In this document: positions 1 through 9,452 of the stretch, piece by piece
Numbering within the stretch: position 1 is the first letter of the stretch
How the letters are laid out: each line of letters starts with the position of its first letter
DNA from: an uncultured Candidatus Rokubacteria bacterium
GTDB lineage: Bacteria; Methylomirabilota; Methylomirabilia; Rokubacteriales; CSP1-6
NCBI GenBank assembly: GCA_963827505.1
Contig: CAWHBD010000001.1
Coordinates: 2,310,663-2,374,662 of the forward strand
Direction: 5' to 3'
DNA: 64,000 bases
The notes under the pieces: model-generated
Databases searched by the model: none
Told to the model about the DNA's origin: nothing
Seen by the model: the letters and a program-made list of their open reading frames with translations, nothing else
Translations under genes and position numbers: made by a program

Positions 1-1326
1 GTGGGCCGGACGTTCGACGGCACCGTCGACGAGACGGTCGACGCCCGCGACCGGGTGCTGACGCCGGGGCTCATCACCACCCACGCCCACATCGGCGGCT
101 CGCCCCTCGACCGCTCGTTCATCGAGGACCGGGGCAGCCCGCAGTTCTGGTACTCGGGGCTGTTCGAGATGCTGCCGGTCCGGGGCGGCGCTCAGGACGA
201 CGAGGCGGGGCGCGCCTGCGTCGACTTCTCGATGGCCGAGCTGCTGCGCGGCGGCGTGACCACGTGCATGGAGATCGGCGGTCTCGGCGAGTACGTGGTC
301 GAGCGGGCCGCCCACTACGGTCTGCGGGTCTACATGGGGCTGACGTTCCGGTCCGGCCGGTGGCTCACCCGCGACGGGCGCCGGGTGGTGTGGGAGTGGG
401 ACGAGGAGGCCGGGCGGCGGGGGCTGCGCCGGGCCGTCGACTTCTTCGAGAAGCACGACGGCGCCCACGGCGGCCTCGTGCGCTGCTACTTCTCGCCGGC
501 CCAGGTCGACACCTGCACGCCCGAGCTGCTGCAGGAGGCCAAGCGCCGGGCCGACGAGGCCGGCCGGCCCTACACGGTCCACACCTCGCAGTCGGTGGTC
601 GAGTTCAACGAGATGCTGCAGCGCCACGGCAAGACACCGATCGCCTGGCTCAACGACCTCGGCGTGCTCGGCGACAACACCGTGCTCGGCCACGCCATCA
701 TCGTCGGCGGCTCCTCATGGACCAACTACCCGGCCGGCGACGTGGCCGATCATGGCCGAGTCGGGCTGCTCGGTGGCGCACGCGGTGTGGGTGTTCGCCC
801 GCCGTGGCGTGCTCATGGAGTCGTTCGCGCTCTACCGCACGGCCGGCATCAACATGGCGCTGGGCACCGACACCAATCCCCAGTCGGTGATCGAGGCCAT
901 GCGATGGGCGGCGGTGTGCTCGAAGGTGGTCGAGCGGAACACCGAGGCGACGACCGCCGCCCATGCCTTCGACGCGGCGACGCTGGGCGGCGCCCGGGCG
1001 CTCGGCCGCGACGACCTCGGCCGCATCGCGCCCGGGGCCACGGCCGACCTGGTGCTGTGGAAGGCCGCCTCGTGGACGATGACGCCGCTGCGCGACCCGA
1101 TCAAGAACATCGTCTACAACGCGACCGCCGAGGACGTCGACCGCGTCTACGTCGACGGTCGCCTGGTGGTCGACGAAGGGACGCGTCCTCGCCGCCGACG
1201 AGGCGCAAGATCCTGGCCGACCTGCAGGCGGGCGGCGAGCGGATGTGGCCGCGCATGAAGCAGTTCGACTGGGCCGGCCGGAGCGCCGACGAGCTGTCGC
1301 CGCTGAGCTACCGGGACTGGGAGTAG
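1..1326 (+). pseudogene. Amidohydrolase-superfamily hydrolase (chlorohydrolase/aminohydrolase-like); 5' end cut by window edge; frame broken twice (near 745 and near 1190)
   Basis: Frame 1 gives TTHAHIGGSP (HxH metal motif) and a convincing N-half, then turns into Arg/Pro-rich nonsense. The homologous continuation (INMALGTDTNPQSVIEAMRWAA...GRIAPGATADLVLW...VDRVYVDGRLVV) lies in ORF 752..1258. The last ~45 codons (ILADLQAGGERMWPRMKQFDW...) return to frame 1. Confidence 0.7.
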
Positions 1327-1344
1327 ATGACCCCGGGATCGGCC

Positions 1345-2013
1345 CTAGAGGGCGCGGGCCGCCTTGAGAATCTCCTCATCGCTGGGCTGCTTGCCGAGGT
1401 CGGTCATCCGCTCGATGCCCTCGATGTGCCGCCACCGGATGATCCCGTCCCGGTCGAGGAGGACGTGCCCGGCCAGCTGAAAGGCGTGCGCGGCCGCGAT
1501 CTGCTTGTCGACCTCGGTCAGCTCGAACCCGTCCCGCTGGTTCAGGGTCTCCATCGCCACGAAGGGATTCTGCGGCTCGGGCAGGTCTCCGGAGGGATTG
1601 ATCCGGATCGCCTGCATCTGGCCGATCGTGAAGGTGCCCTGGGCCCACGAGGTTGACGATTCGTCCTCGATCGGCGTGCCCTTGGGCAGCCCGAACGACT
1701 GGTGCGTCGCCACGTCCGGGTCCGCGGCCAGCAGCACGCGCGCGGGGCGATATTTGAAGTAGAGCCGCGCGCGCTCCAACGGGGTGTTGACCACCGCCAT
1801 CGTCTCGACACCCATCGCCTTCAGCTTGTCCTGGGTGGTGCCCAGCTGCACGATCTGGCGTCGGCAGAAGGGGCAGTGCAGCCCGCGGAACAGGCCAACC
1901 AGGACCGGAGCGCGACCGCGATAGTCGTCGAGCGAGACCTTGCCCTCTCGATTGACCGCGGGCAGTTCGAAGGGGGGCGCGGGATCACCAATCCGAGGGG
2001 GAGTGAACGCCAT
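1345..2013 (-). CDS. Peroxiredoxin-like thiol-disulfide oxidoreductase (AhpC/TSA/redoxin fold), CPFC active site
   Basis: Intact 222-aa ORF. GDPAPPFELP...VLVGLFRGLHCPFCRRQ is the redoxin-type CxxC context. SD AGGAGAA lies upstream of the ATG at 2013. Confidence 0.8.
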   Translation of the reverse strand: MAFTPPRIGDPAPPFELPAVNREGKVSLDDYRGRAPVLVGLFRGLHCPFCRRQIVQLGTTQDKLKAMGVETMAVVNTPLERARLYFKYRPARVLLAADPDVATHQSFGLPKGTPIEDESSTSWAQGTFTIGQMQAIRINPSGDLPEPQNPFVAMETLNQRDGFELTEVDKQIAAAHAFQLAGHVLLDRDGIIRWRHIEGIERMTDLGKQPSDEEILKAARAL

Positions 2014-2046
2014 GACGAATATTCTCCTGTTCGAGTTGTGTTCGAG

Positions 2047-5000
2047 TCAATCCAGGAACGGCAGCACCACGAGGGCGTCGGGCTCGAGCCCGGCCCGCTC
2101 GCAGACCGCCTGGGCCTTCTGCATGAACTCTTCCGCCTGGGCGTCGTCGCCCAGGTCCAGGTGGACGGTGGCGAGGCCATCGTAACAGGGAAACAGCAGC
2201 TGGGGCTCGTCGGCCTCCTCGGCGAGCGCGAGCGCTTCCCGGTAGTGCGCGATCGCCCGGGTCGGATCGCCGTGACACTGGTAGATCTGCCCGAGCACGA
2301 TGAGCGGCACCGCCAGGTGATCCAGCTGCCCGAGGCGCCGGTCGAGATCGATCGCGGCGTGCGCCGCGCCGACGCCCTGCTCGTCGCAGCGGTTGGTGAG
2401 CGCGCAGTAGGCCACCGCGAGGTTCGCGTAGAGGCGCGACTGGAAGCCGAGATCGCCGATCTTCTTGGCCGTCTCCAGGCCGGCCGCACAGGTCTCGATG
2501 GCGCGGGCCGGATCGAGGGTGCTGTAGAGCACGCTCAGGTTGGCGAGCCCGCGACAGGCCGCCTGCAGCAGTCCGTTCTCCTGGGAGAGCGCCACGCTGC
2601 GCTCGATGTGCGCGACCGCCTCGTCCAGCCGGTTCAGGCGGGCCAGGGCCACGCCGAGCGTGTTGTGGCTCTGGGCCGCGGCGGTCACGGCGTCCGCGCG
2701 TCCGTCCGCACCGAGCGAGGGGTCGGCGGCGAGCCGCTCGGCGTGGAGCCGGGCCTGCTCCGCCCAGTCGATGGCCCGCTGGCTGTCGCCGCTGCGGAAG
2801 GCCAGCCGCCCCATCTCCTGGTAGAGGTGCGCCCGCTCGATGTGCTCGCGCTCGGCGTCGAGCAAGGCGAGCCCGGCCTCGAAGCACCGGAGCGCTCGCG
2901 CTCGCGCGCCGGCGTCCCAGTGCAGTGCCCCCATCTTGCGAAGGATCCGCGCCCGGGCGGGCGCGTCCACTGCGGCGCGGTATCCGGCCTCGACGATCTC
3001 GTACTCGCCGAGCGCCGCCCCCCGCCGGCCGGTCGGGCCGAGCAGGTCGGCCATGCGCTCTCTGGCCACGAGCCGCTCCGTCTCGACCGCCTCGCAATGC
3101 TCGAGCGCGTCGAGCGCCCGTTGATAGTGCTGGATCGCGTCGGCGTTGGCGTACATGCCGCCGGCCCAGTCGCCGGCGGCCATCAGGTAGCGCGCGCCCC
3201 GGCCCTTGTCGGCTCCGAGGGCCCAGTGGTGACCGAGCGCCACCAGCCGCTCGAGGCTCTCGGGCCCGCCGGCGCTCTCGGCCTCGAGGGCCGTGCCCAC
3301 CCGGGTGTGGAGCTCCGTGCGTCGGGTCACGAGGATGTTCTGATACACGATCTCCTGCAAGAGCCCGTGGCGGAACCGGCGCTCCGGCCCCGCCGTCACC
3401 AGATCGGCGCGCGCCAGCGCGTCGAGGGCCGAGTCCACCGCGGCGGGCTCGGCCGAGACTTCCTTGAGCAGCGACACCTCGAAGCGGGGGCCGATCACCG
3501 ATGCGGCCTGAATGATCCGTCGCTCCACCGCGTCGAGCCGATCCAGGTGCGAGAGCAGCAGCCCGTGCAGGGTCGAGGGCACCTGCGCGGTCGCGGCCCC
3601 TTCGGTCGAGCGCCACACCTCGCCCTCGCGGACCAGCACACCCGCGGCGATCAGCGCGCGCACCACTTCCTCGAGGTACAGCGGGTTTCCACCGGCCCGC
3701 TCCAGGATCAGCGCCCGCAAGTGCTCCGGGAAGAGGCGCGTCGGGTCCCCGAACCACGCGGCCAGCAGGTCGAGGCTGTCGGACTGCGACAGCGGCGTCA
3801 CCTCGATCGCGGTGTGGGGAGCGTGGCTGGTGCCCAGGGCATCCGGCTCGAGCGTCGGCCGATACATCAGCAGGAGCAGGAGCGGACGGTCGGCGAGCCG
3901 ATCCGCCAATGCGCCCGATCAGCTCGATGGAGGCGGCGTCGGCCCAGTGCAGATCCTCGACGACCAGCACCAGCGGGCCGGCGGCGAGCCGCCGCTCCAC
4001 CAGGACGCGGGTCGCCATGAAGATCTGGCGCTTGAGCTGCTCGGGCTCCAGATGGCGCAGGCGCGCGTCGTCACGCTCGAGGCCGAGCACCCGGGCGAGC
4101 GCGGCCACCATCGCGGCGCGATCCTCGTCGCCGACCCCGAGCGTGGTGAGGCCGGTGGCGAGCTTGCTCCGCGCGATCTCGACGGAATCGCCGTGCTCCA
4201 CCCCGTAGGCGTCGCGCAGGAGGGCGGCCACCGCACCGTACGTCTGCTCCCCCAGCGCCGAGCACGCCGCGTGCCGGACGGTGACGCCCGCGAGGTGCCC
4301 GGCCGCCTCGAGGCGCGCGAAGAACTCCCGCTGCAGTCGCGACTTCCCCGCCCCGGGCTCGCCGATGAGGCTCAACAGCTGGGCGCGCCCCGCCCGCATG
4401 TACTCGAAGGCCGCTTGCATCCGCCGCAGCTCGGGCTCACGGCCCACGAGGGCCGCCGCCAGCCCGAGCCCCTCGAGGCCGCGGGCCGAGCGGGGCGCGG
4501 CGAGCGAGCTCAGCAGACGATGGACGGCTACCGGCTCGCTCTTGCCCTTGAGCCGGAGCTCCTCGCGCGGGGCGAAGGCGAAGGCGTGATGCGTGAGCTG
4601 ATACGTCGCGTCGGATATCAAGATCTCGCCCGCGGGCGCCGCACTCTGCAGGCGAGAGGCCGTGTTGACGGTGTCGCCGGTGACCGCGTAGGCGGCGTCG
4701 GCGGCCGCGCCGATCCGGCCCGCCACCACCGGGCCCGTGTTGACCCCGATGTGCAGCGCGAGCGGCCGACCCACCCGGCGCTCCCAGCGGCGATTGAGCG
4801 CGTCCATCCGCTCGCGCATCAGGAGGGCGGCGCGCAGGCCGCGCTCGGGATCGTCCTCGTGTGCCCGCGGCGCGCCGAAGACGGCCATGACCGCGTCGCC
4901 CACGAACTTCTCGACGAAGCCCTCGTAGCGGTCGATCGACGCGGACATCTCGTGGAAGAGATCGCTCTGGATCGCGCGCACGTCCTCGGGATCGAGCCCT

Positions 5001-5178
5001 TCGCTGAGCGCGGTGAACCCGGCCAGGTCGGCGAAGAGCACGGTGACCGGCCGCCGGTCGCCTTCGGGCGCGGTGGGGGCGGCGGCGGCGGTGCCGGCGC
5101 GGAGGCGAGCCTGGCTCCGCACTTGGGGCAGAACGCGAAATCGGCGGGCGCTTCGAAGCCGCAGCCGCTACACGTCAC
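2047..5178 (-). pseudogene. Zn-ribbon / class III adenylate-guanylate cyclase / AAA ATPase / TPR signalling protein; frame broken near 5090 and near 3905
   Basis: GTG at 5178 (GTGA overlap with the PhzF stop) opens TCSGCGFEAPADFAFCPKCGARL in the frame of ORF 4819..5895. The cyclase core (VTVLFADLAGFTALSE...FVGDAVMAVFGAP...TGDTVNTASRLQ) and Walker A GEPGAGKSRL are in ORF 1985..5122. The TPR-rich C-half ending VVLPFLD is in ORF 2047..3909. Confidence 0.75.
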
Positions 5179-6047
5179 GGGGACGGGGCGACGTCGATGA
5201 GGGTGCCCTCGATGCAGGTGACGGAATGGCCGCCGAGCCAGATCCCACCATCCTCCGCGAACCGCACCTCGACCCGACCGTCGCGATTCATCCGCCGTCC
5301 CTGGCTGGAGACGTAGGTGGCGCGGTCGAGCAGCTTCTCGCGCTGGATGACCGCGGCCACGCAGCCGTTGCCGCTGCCGCAGACCGGATCCTCGGGCACG
5401 TTGTGGGCCGGCGCGAACGAACGGACTTCCAGGTCGGCCGGCTCGCCACCGGCGTAGAACCCGAACACGTTGAGCCCGGTCATCGACCGGCCGGTGAGTG
5501 CCGCGATCGCCGCCATGTCCGGCTCGAGCTTGGCCACGGTGGCGCCGTCGCGAAGCTGGACGGTGAACCACACCGGGCCGACGTCGACGATGGCCGCGTG
5601 CCCGATGTCGCCGGTGGCGACGCCGAGCGCGGCGGCCGCCCGGGCCCGCTGGTCGGAGTCGGGGGTCCGGAAGGCGGGCGCCGGCAGCGCCAGGAACAAC
5701 CGATCGCCCTCGATCCTCAGCTCCACCAGCCCCTTGCCGCACTCCTGGACGAGGCGGCCGGCACGCCGGGGCACGAGGCCGTGGCGGAGGAGCGCGTGCG
5801 CCGAGCCGATCGTTGGATGGCCGGCGAACGGCAGCTCGGCGGTGGGCGTGAAGATCCGCAGGCGGTAGTCGGCCGCCGGGTCCGAGGTCGGGCACACGAA
5901 CGTCGTCTCCGAGAGGTTCGTCCAGCCAGCGATCTGCTGCATCCGGGCCGTCGAGAGGGCACCCCCCTCGAGGATCACCGCGACCGGGTTGCCCTTGAAG
6001 GGCACCCCCGTGAACACGTCGACCTGCTGGAACGCCACTGCCGTCAT
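5175..6047 (-). CDS. PhzF-family isomerase/epimerase-like protein
   Basis: MTAVAFQQVDVFTGVPFKGNPVAVIL...FAGHPTIGSAHAL...DPVCGSGNGCVAA is typical PhzF. SD GGAGG lies 7 nt upstream of the ATG at 6047. Confidence 0.85.
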   Translation of the reverse strand: MTAVAFQQVDVFTGVPFKGNPVAVILEGGALSTARMQQIAGWTNLSETTFVCPTSDPAADYRLRIFTPTAELPFAGHPTIGSAHALLRHGLVPRRAGRLVQECGKGLVELRIEGDRLFLALPAPAFRTPDSDQRARAAAALGVATGDIGHAAIVDVGPVWFTVQLRDGATVAKLEPDMAAIAALTGRSMTGLNVFGFYAGGEPADLEVRSFAPAHNVPEDPVCGSGNGCVAAVIQREKLLDRATYVSSQGRRMNRDGRVEVRFAEDGGIWLGGHSVTCIEGTLIDVAPSP

Positions 6048-6127
6048 GCCGCAGCCTCCACGTTCGGCCGGTTCTTCTGGCCGACGCTCCAGTTTACGTC
6101 GAACGAGCCGAGCGATGGACTCGTGCT

Positions 6128-7540
6128 TCAACCCGCCGCGATGACGGCCGGCCGGCCGGCCAGGAATGCGCGCGAGAACTCCAGCGCGAAGCCCGACTCG
6201 CCGTGGCAGTCGCGAACCGCGATGCCGTCTCGCTCCAGCCGCGCCATCAGCCCCTGGTCGAGCGAGCCGAACGCCACCGCGAGGACCGGCAGCGAGAGCG
6301 CCGCGGCCCGGCCCAGCGCCGCCGCCCCGGCGCCGAGCCCACCGGCGGTCGTGAACGCGACGACCCGGCGATCGGGGTGCGCGAGCTGGGCGGCGAGCGC
6401 AGCCAGCACCGCGTAGCCGGGCGTGGCGCCGATGGGCGACAGCGCCTCCCGCGGTCCCACTGCCTGCCACGCGGCCAGCGCTGGCACATCGCCGGTGGCC
6501 AGCGTGCCGGCCGGTGTCGCCTCGCGGGCCAGCGCCACCAGTCGAGCGGCCGGCATCGCCCCGGCGTCGCGCACGATGGCACGCTTGACGCGATCGAGCT
6601 CGGCCACGTCCCAGTCGGCCGCCGGCCGCGCCCGCACGTAGGGCGCCAGCTCCTCGATCACGAGGGCCAGGTCGCCGGTCGCCTCCGCGACGAAGTCGCC
6701 GCCCGGCCACGGCGCCCGGCCGATGCGCGCGATACGCGTGGCGCCCGGCACGACGCCGGGCGGTAACTCGCCGGCGTCGACCCCGAGCAGGATCACGAGA
6801 TCGGCACGCGTCAGCGCGGCGTGGTCGGCCACCAGCGCGCCGAGCGCGAGCGGATGCGGATCGGCGAGGGCGCCCTTGCCCTTCCGCGTGGCCAGCACGG
6901 GCGCCGGCAGCGTCTCGGCGAACGAGCGGATCCAGCGCGCGTCGTCGGGGCCGCACTCGAGGCCGGTGACGAGCACCGGATGGGTGGCGATGGCCAGCGC
7001 AGCGCCGAACGTATCGAGACTGTCGGGTGTGGGTGGCGGCAGGGGCGCGGGGCGGCAGATCGCGGCCACGGGCACGGTCGACGCGTCGCTGACGCCGGGG
7101 GCCACGACGAGGTGCACGGGCCCGCGCCGATCGGCCATCGCAAGCTGAGCGGCGTGGGCGATCCAGTGGCCGGCCGAGCCGGCTTCGACGGTCACGGTGC
7201 CCTTGACCACCGGCGCCAGCAGCGCGGCGTCGGCGCCGGCATCGGTGACCAGGATCAGCGGCGCGCGGTCGCGCTGGGCGTGGGCGAGGCCGCGCACGAG
7301 CCCCGTCGGGTCGGTGAGCCCGGCGAGGGCGGCGCCGGGTCCGTCGCCCAGCTCGCCGCTCACCGCCGCCAGCACGCCGACCGCGGTGGCGTCGGGTGCC
7401 TCGACGATCTCAAGCGGTCGCCGGCCGGCGGCGGCTCGCAGGGCCGCCGGCGCGTCGGGTGCGACGAACACCCGGACAGCGCCCGCGCGGGCCAGCCCGT
7501 CGATCAGGACGTCGGCGACGGTGGTGCGGGCCATCACCAC
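6128..7540 (-). CDS. Thiamine-diphosphate-enzyme-fold protein (acetolactate-synthase-like), short and divergent
   Basis: Intact 470-aa ORF with the three-domain ALS-like layout (N-terminal VADVLIDGLARAGAVRVF...). The C-terminal region where GDG...NN is expected reads TTAGGLGAGAAALGRAAALSLPVLAVAFGSL. Confidence 0.55.
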   Translation of the reverse strand: MVMARTTVADVLIDGLARAGAVRVFVAPDAPAALRAAAGRRPLEIVEAPDATAVGVLAAVSGELGDGPGAALAGLTDPTGLVRGLAHAQRDRAPLILVTDAGADAALLAPVVKGTVTVEAGSAGHWIAHAAQLAMADRRGPVHLVVAPGVSDASTVPVAAICRPAPLPPPTPDSLDTFGAALAIATHPVLVTGLECGPDDARWIRSFAETLPAPVLATRKGKGALADPHPLALGALVADHAALTRADLVILLGVDAGELPPGVVPGATRIARIGRAPWPGGDFVAEATGDLALVIEELAPYVRARPAADWDVAELDRVKRAIVRDAGAMPAARLVALAREATPAGTLATGDVPALAAWQAVGPREALSPIGATPGYAVLAALAAQLAHPDRRVVAFTTAGGLGAGAAALGRAAALSLPVLAVAFGSLDQGLMARLERDGIAVRDCHGESGFALEFSRAFLAGRPAVIAAG

Positions 7541-7559
7541 CGCCGCGTCGGCTGAGACC

Positions 7560-8729
7560 TCAGCGCGCCCAGGATTCGAACAACGGCCGCATGCGCTCCA
7601 GCGCCTTGGTCAGGTTGGCCTCGGAGTTGGCGTAGGAGATGCGCAGATATCCCTCGCCGTGGGCGCCGAACGCCGCGCCCGACAGGACCGCGACGCCGGC
7701 CTCCTGCAGCAACCGATCGGCGACCTCGGCCGAGGGGCGGCGAGTCCCGGTGATGTTGGGGAACACGTAGAAGGCGCCGCGCGGGCGCCGGCAGGTGACG
7801 CCGGGCAGACGGTTGAGACCGTCCACCAGCAGGTCGCGACGGCGCTTGAACTCGGCGACCATCCGCGTGACGGGGGTGTGGTCGCCCTGCAGCGCCGCCA
7901 CGCCGGCCAGCTGCACGAACGAGGCGGTGCACGAGTTGGAGTTCACCATCAGGCGCGTCACGTGCTCGGCCAGGTCGGCCGGCATCACGCCGTAGCCCAG
8001 CCGCCAGCCGGTCATCGCGTACGACTTCGAGAAGCCGTCGAGAAGGATCGAGCGGGCGTGCATGCCGGGCTGGGCGTAGAACGACACGAACTCGCCCTCG
8101 TAGAGGAACTGCCGGTAGATCTCGTCGGTCATCACCGGAATGTTGCGCTCGGTGGCGAGGCGGGCGATGGCCTCGATCTGCCCACGGTCGAGCACGCCGC
8201 CGGTCGGGTTCTCCGGCGAGTTGACGATGATGAGCTTCGTCTTCGGCGACAGCCGCCGCTCGAACAGGTCCAGGTCGAAGCCGAAGTCGCTCTCCTCGCG
8301 CAGAGGGATCGGCACCGGTACGCCACCCACGAAGTTGATGACCGATTCGTAGATGGGGAAGCCGGGGTTCGGATAGATGACCTCGTCGCCACGGTCGACC
8401 ATCGCCATGATCGTGAAGAACATGATCGGCTTGGCGCCCGGAGTGACGACCACCTGCTCGGGCGACACCGGGACGCCCCGCGTCTCGGCGGTGTGCTTGG
8501 CGATGGCCTCCCGCAGCTCGGGCAGACCCGCCGACGGCCCGTAGTGGGTGGCGTTGGCGTCGAGCGCGCGCTTGGCCGCCTCCTTGATGTGAGCCGGCGT
8601 GTCGAAGTCCGGCTCACCGATCTCCAGGTGGACGATCTCGCGCCCCTGCCGCTCCAGCGCCCGGGCCCGGGCCAGGACCTCGAACGCCGACTCGGTGCCC
8701 AGCCGGCTCATCCGTTCCGCGACCTTCAT
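7560..8729 (-). CDS. Pyridoxal-phosphate aminotransferase, class I/II (aspartate/aromatic aminotransferase-like)
   Basis: MKVAERMSRLGTESAFEVLARA...HLEIGEPDFDTP...IIVNSPENPTG...DGFSKSYAMTGWRLGY (PLP-lysine context). SD GAGGAGG precedes the ATG at 8729. The longer ORF 7560..9230 is an upstream extension. Confidence 0.88.
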   Translation of the reverse strand: MKVAERMSRLGTESAFEVLARARALERQGREIVHLEIGEPDFDTPAHIKEAAKRALDANATHYGPSAGLPELREAIAKHTAETRGVPVSPEQVVVTPGAKPIMFFTIMAMVDRGDEVIYPNPGFPIYESVINFVGGVPVPIPLREESDFGFDLDLFERRLSPKTKLIIVNSPENPTGGVLDRGQIEAIARLATERNIPVMTDEIYRQFLYEGEFVSFYAQPGMHARSILLDGFSKSYAMTGWRLGYGVMPADLAEHVTRLMVNSNSCTASFVQLAGVAALQGDHTPVTRMVAEFKRRRDLLVDGLNRLPGVTCRRPRGAFYVFPNITGTRRPSAEVADRLLQEAGVAVLSGAAFGAHGEGYLRISYANSEANLTKALERMRPLFESWAR

Positions 8730-8747
8730 TGCTCGCCTCCTCGGGGA

Positions 8748-9452
8748 ATGAGCCAGCATTATAGCCTCGTGGACTTCGTCGAGGTGCCGGCAGGGCCGTT
8801 CACGATGGGCTGGGAGGCCGGGCATCCCGGCGAGCGTCCGCCGCACGAGGTGTGGCTGGACGTCTTCGCCATCGCCACGACGCCGGTCACCAACGCCGAG
8901 TGGGCGGCCTGGCTCGACGCCACCGGCACGCCGCCGCCAGCGTTCTGGCGGGCGCCCGGTTTCGACGCGGCGGACCAGCCGGTCGTCGGGGTCTCGTGGG
9001 ACGAGGCGGCGAGATTCGCGGCGTGGGCCGGCGCCCGGCTGCCGACCGAGGCCGAGTGGGAGAAGGCCGCGCGGGGCGGGCGCGCGGGCGCGCGCTACCC
9101 GTGGGGCGACGCCCCGCCGCCGGCTCGACGCTTCACGGCGCCGCCGACCGTGCGTACGACCCCGGCCAATCCGCTCGGCCTCCACGACCTGTCCGGCGTC
9201 TGTCACGAGTGGTGCGCCGACTGGCACCACGAGGGCTACTACGCGGTGTCACCGCCGGGCGATCCGCGCGGCCCGGCCGCGGGCACCCGGCGCGTGAGCC
9301 GCGGCGGGGCGTGGCGCCACGCCGATCCGTGGAGCCCGGTCGCCCATCGCTCGTCGCTGCCGCCGCATCTGCGCTACTCCGACTACGGGGTGCGGCTGGC
9401 CCGCGGGGGGCGCGTCAAACCTGCTACTATGACGCCGGAGCCCAGCCCATGA
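8748..9452 (+). CDS. Formylglycine-generating-enzyme (SUMF1/FGE-sulfatase) family protein
   Basis: MSQHYSLVDFVEVPAGPFTMGWEAG...PVTNAEWAAWL...VVGVSWDEAARFAAWAGARLPTEAEWEKAARGG...RVSRGGAWRH...YGVRLARG. It is the last 234 codons of ORF 7197..9452. Confidence 0.8.
   Translation: MSQHYSLVDFVEVPAGPFTMGWEAGHPGERPPHEVWLDVFAIATTPVTNAEWAAWLDATGTPPPAFWRAPGFDAADQPVVGVSWDEAARFAAWAGARLPTEAEWEKAARGGRAGARYPWGDAPPPARRFTAPPTVRTTPANPLGLHDLSGVCHEWCADWHHEGYYAVSPPGDPRGPAAGTRRVSRGGAWRHADPWSPVAHRSSLPPHLRYSDYGVRLARGGRVKPATMTPEPSP

Noticed and set aside
1702-4020. Very long plus-strand ORFs antisense to recognised minus-strand genes. Examples are 1702..4020, 3512..5200, 13419..16046, 16656..20306, 36376..38676, 41342..43063, 57491..59911 and 60952..62376. 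The analogous minus-strand ORFs over plus-strand genes fall in the same class.
   Set aside because: Their translations are Arg/Gly/Pro/Ala-rich low-complexity strings with no family motifs. They mirror genes with strong homology-like signatures. Open antisense frames are expected in DNA this GC-rich.
8748-9452. FGE/C-type-lectin-fold protein as a diversity-generating-retroelement target.
   Set aside because: No reverse transcriptase, no template repeat and no adenine-specific variable region are visible anywhere in the window. The C-terminus looks like an ordinary FGE-family end.
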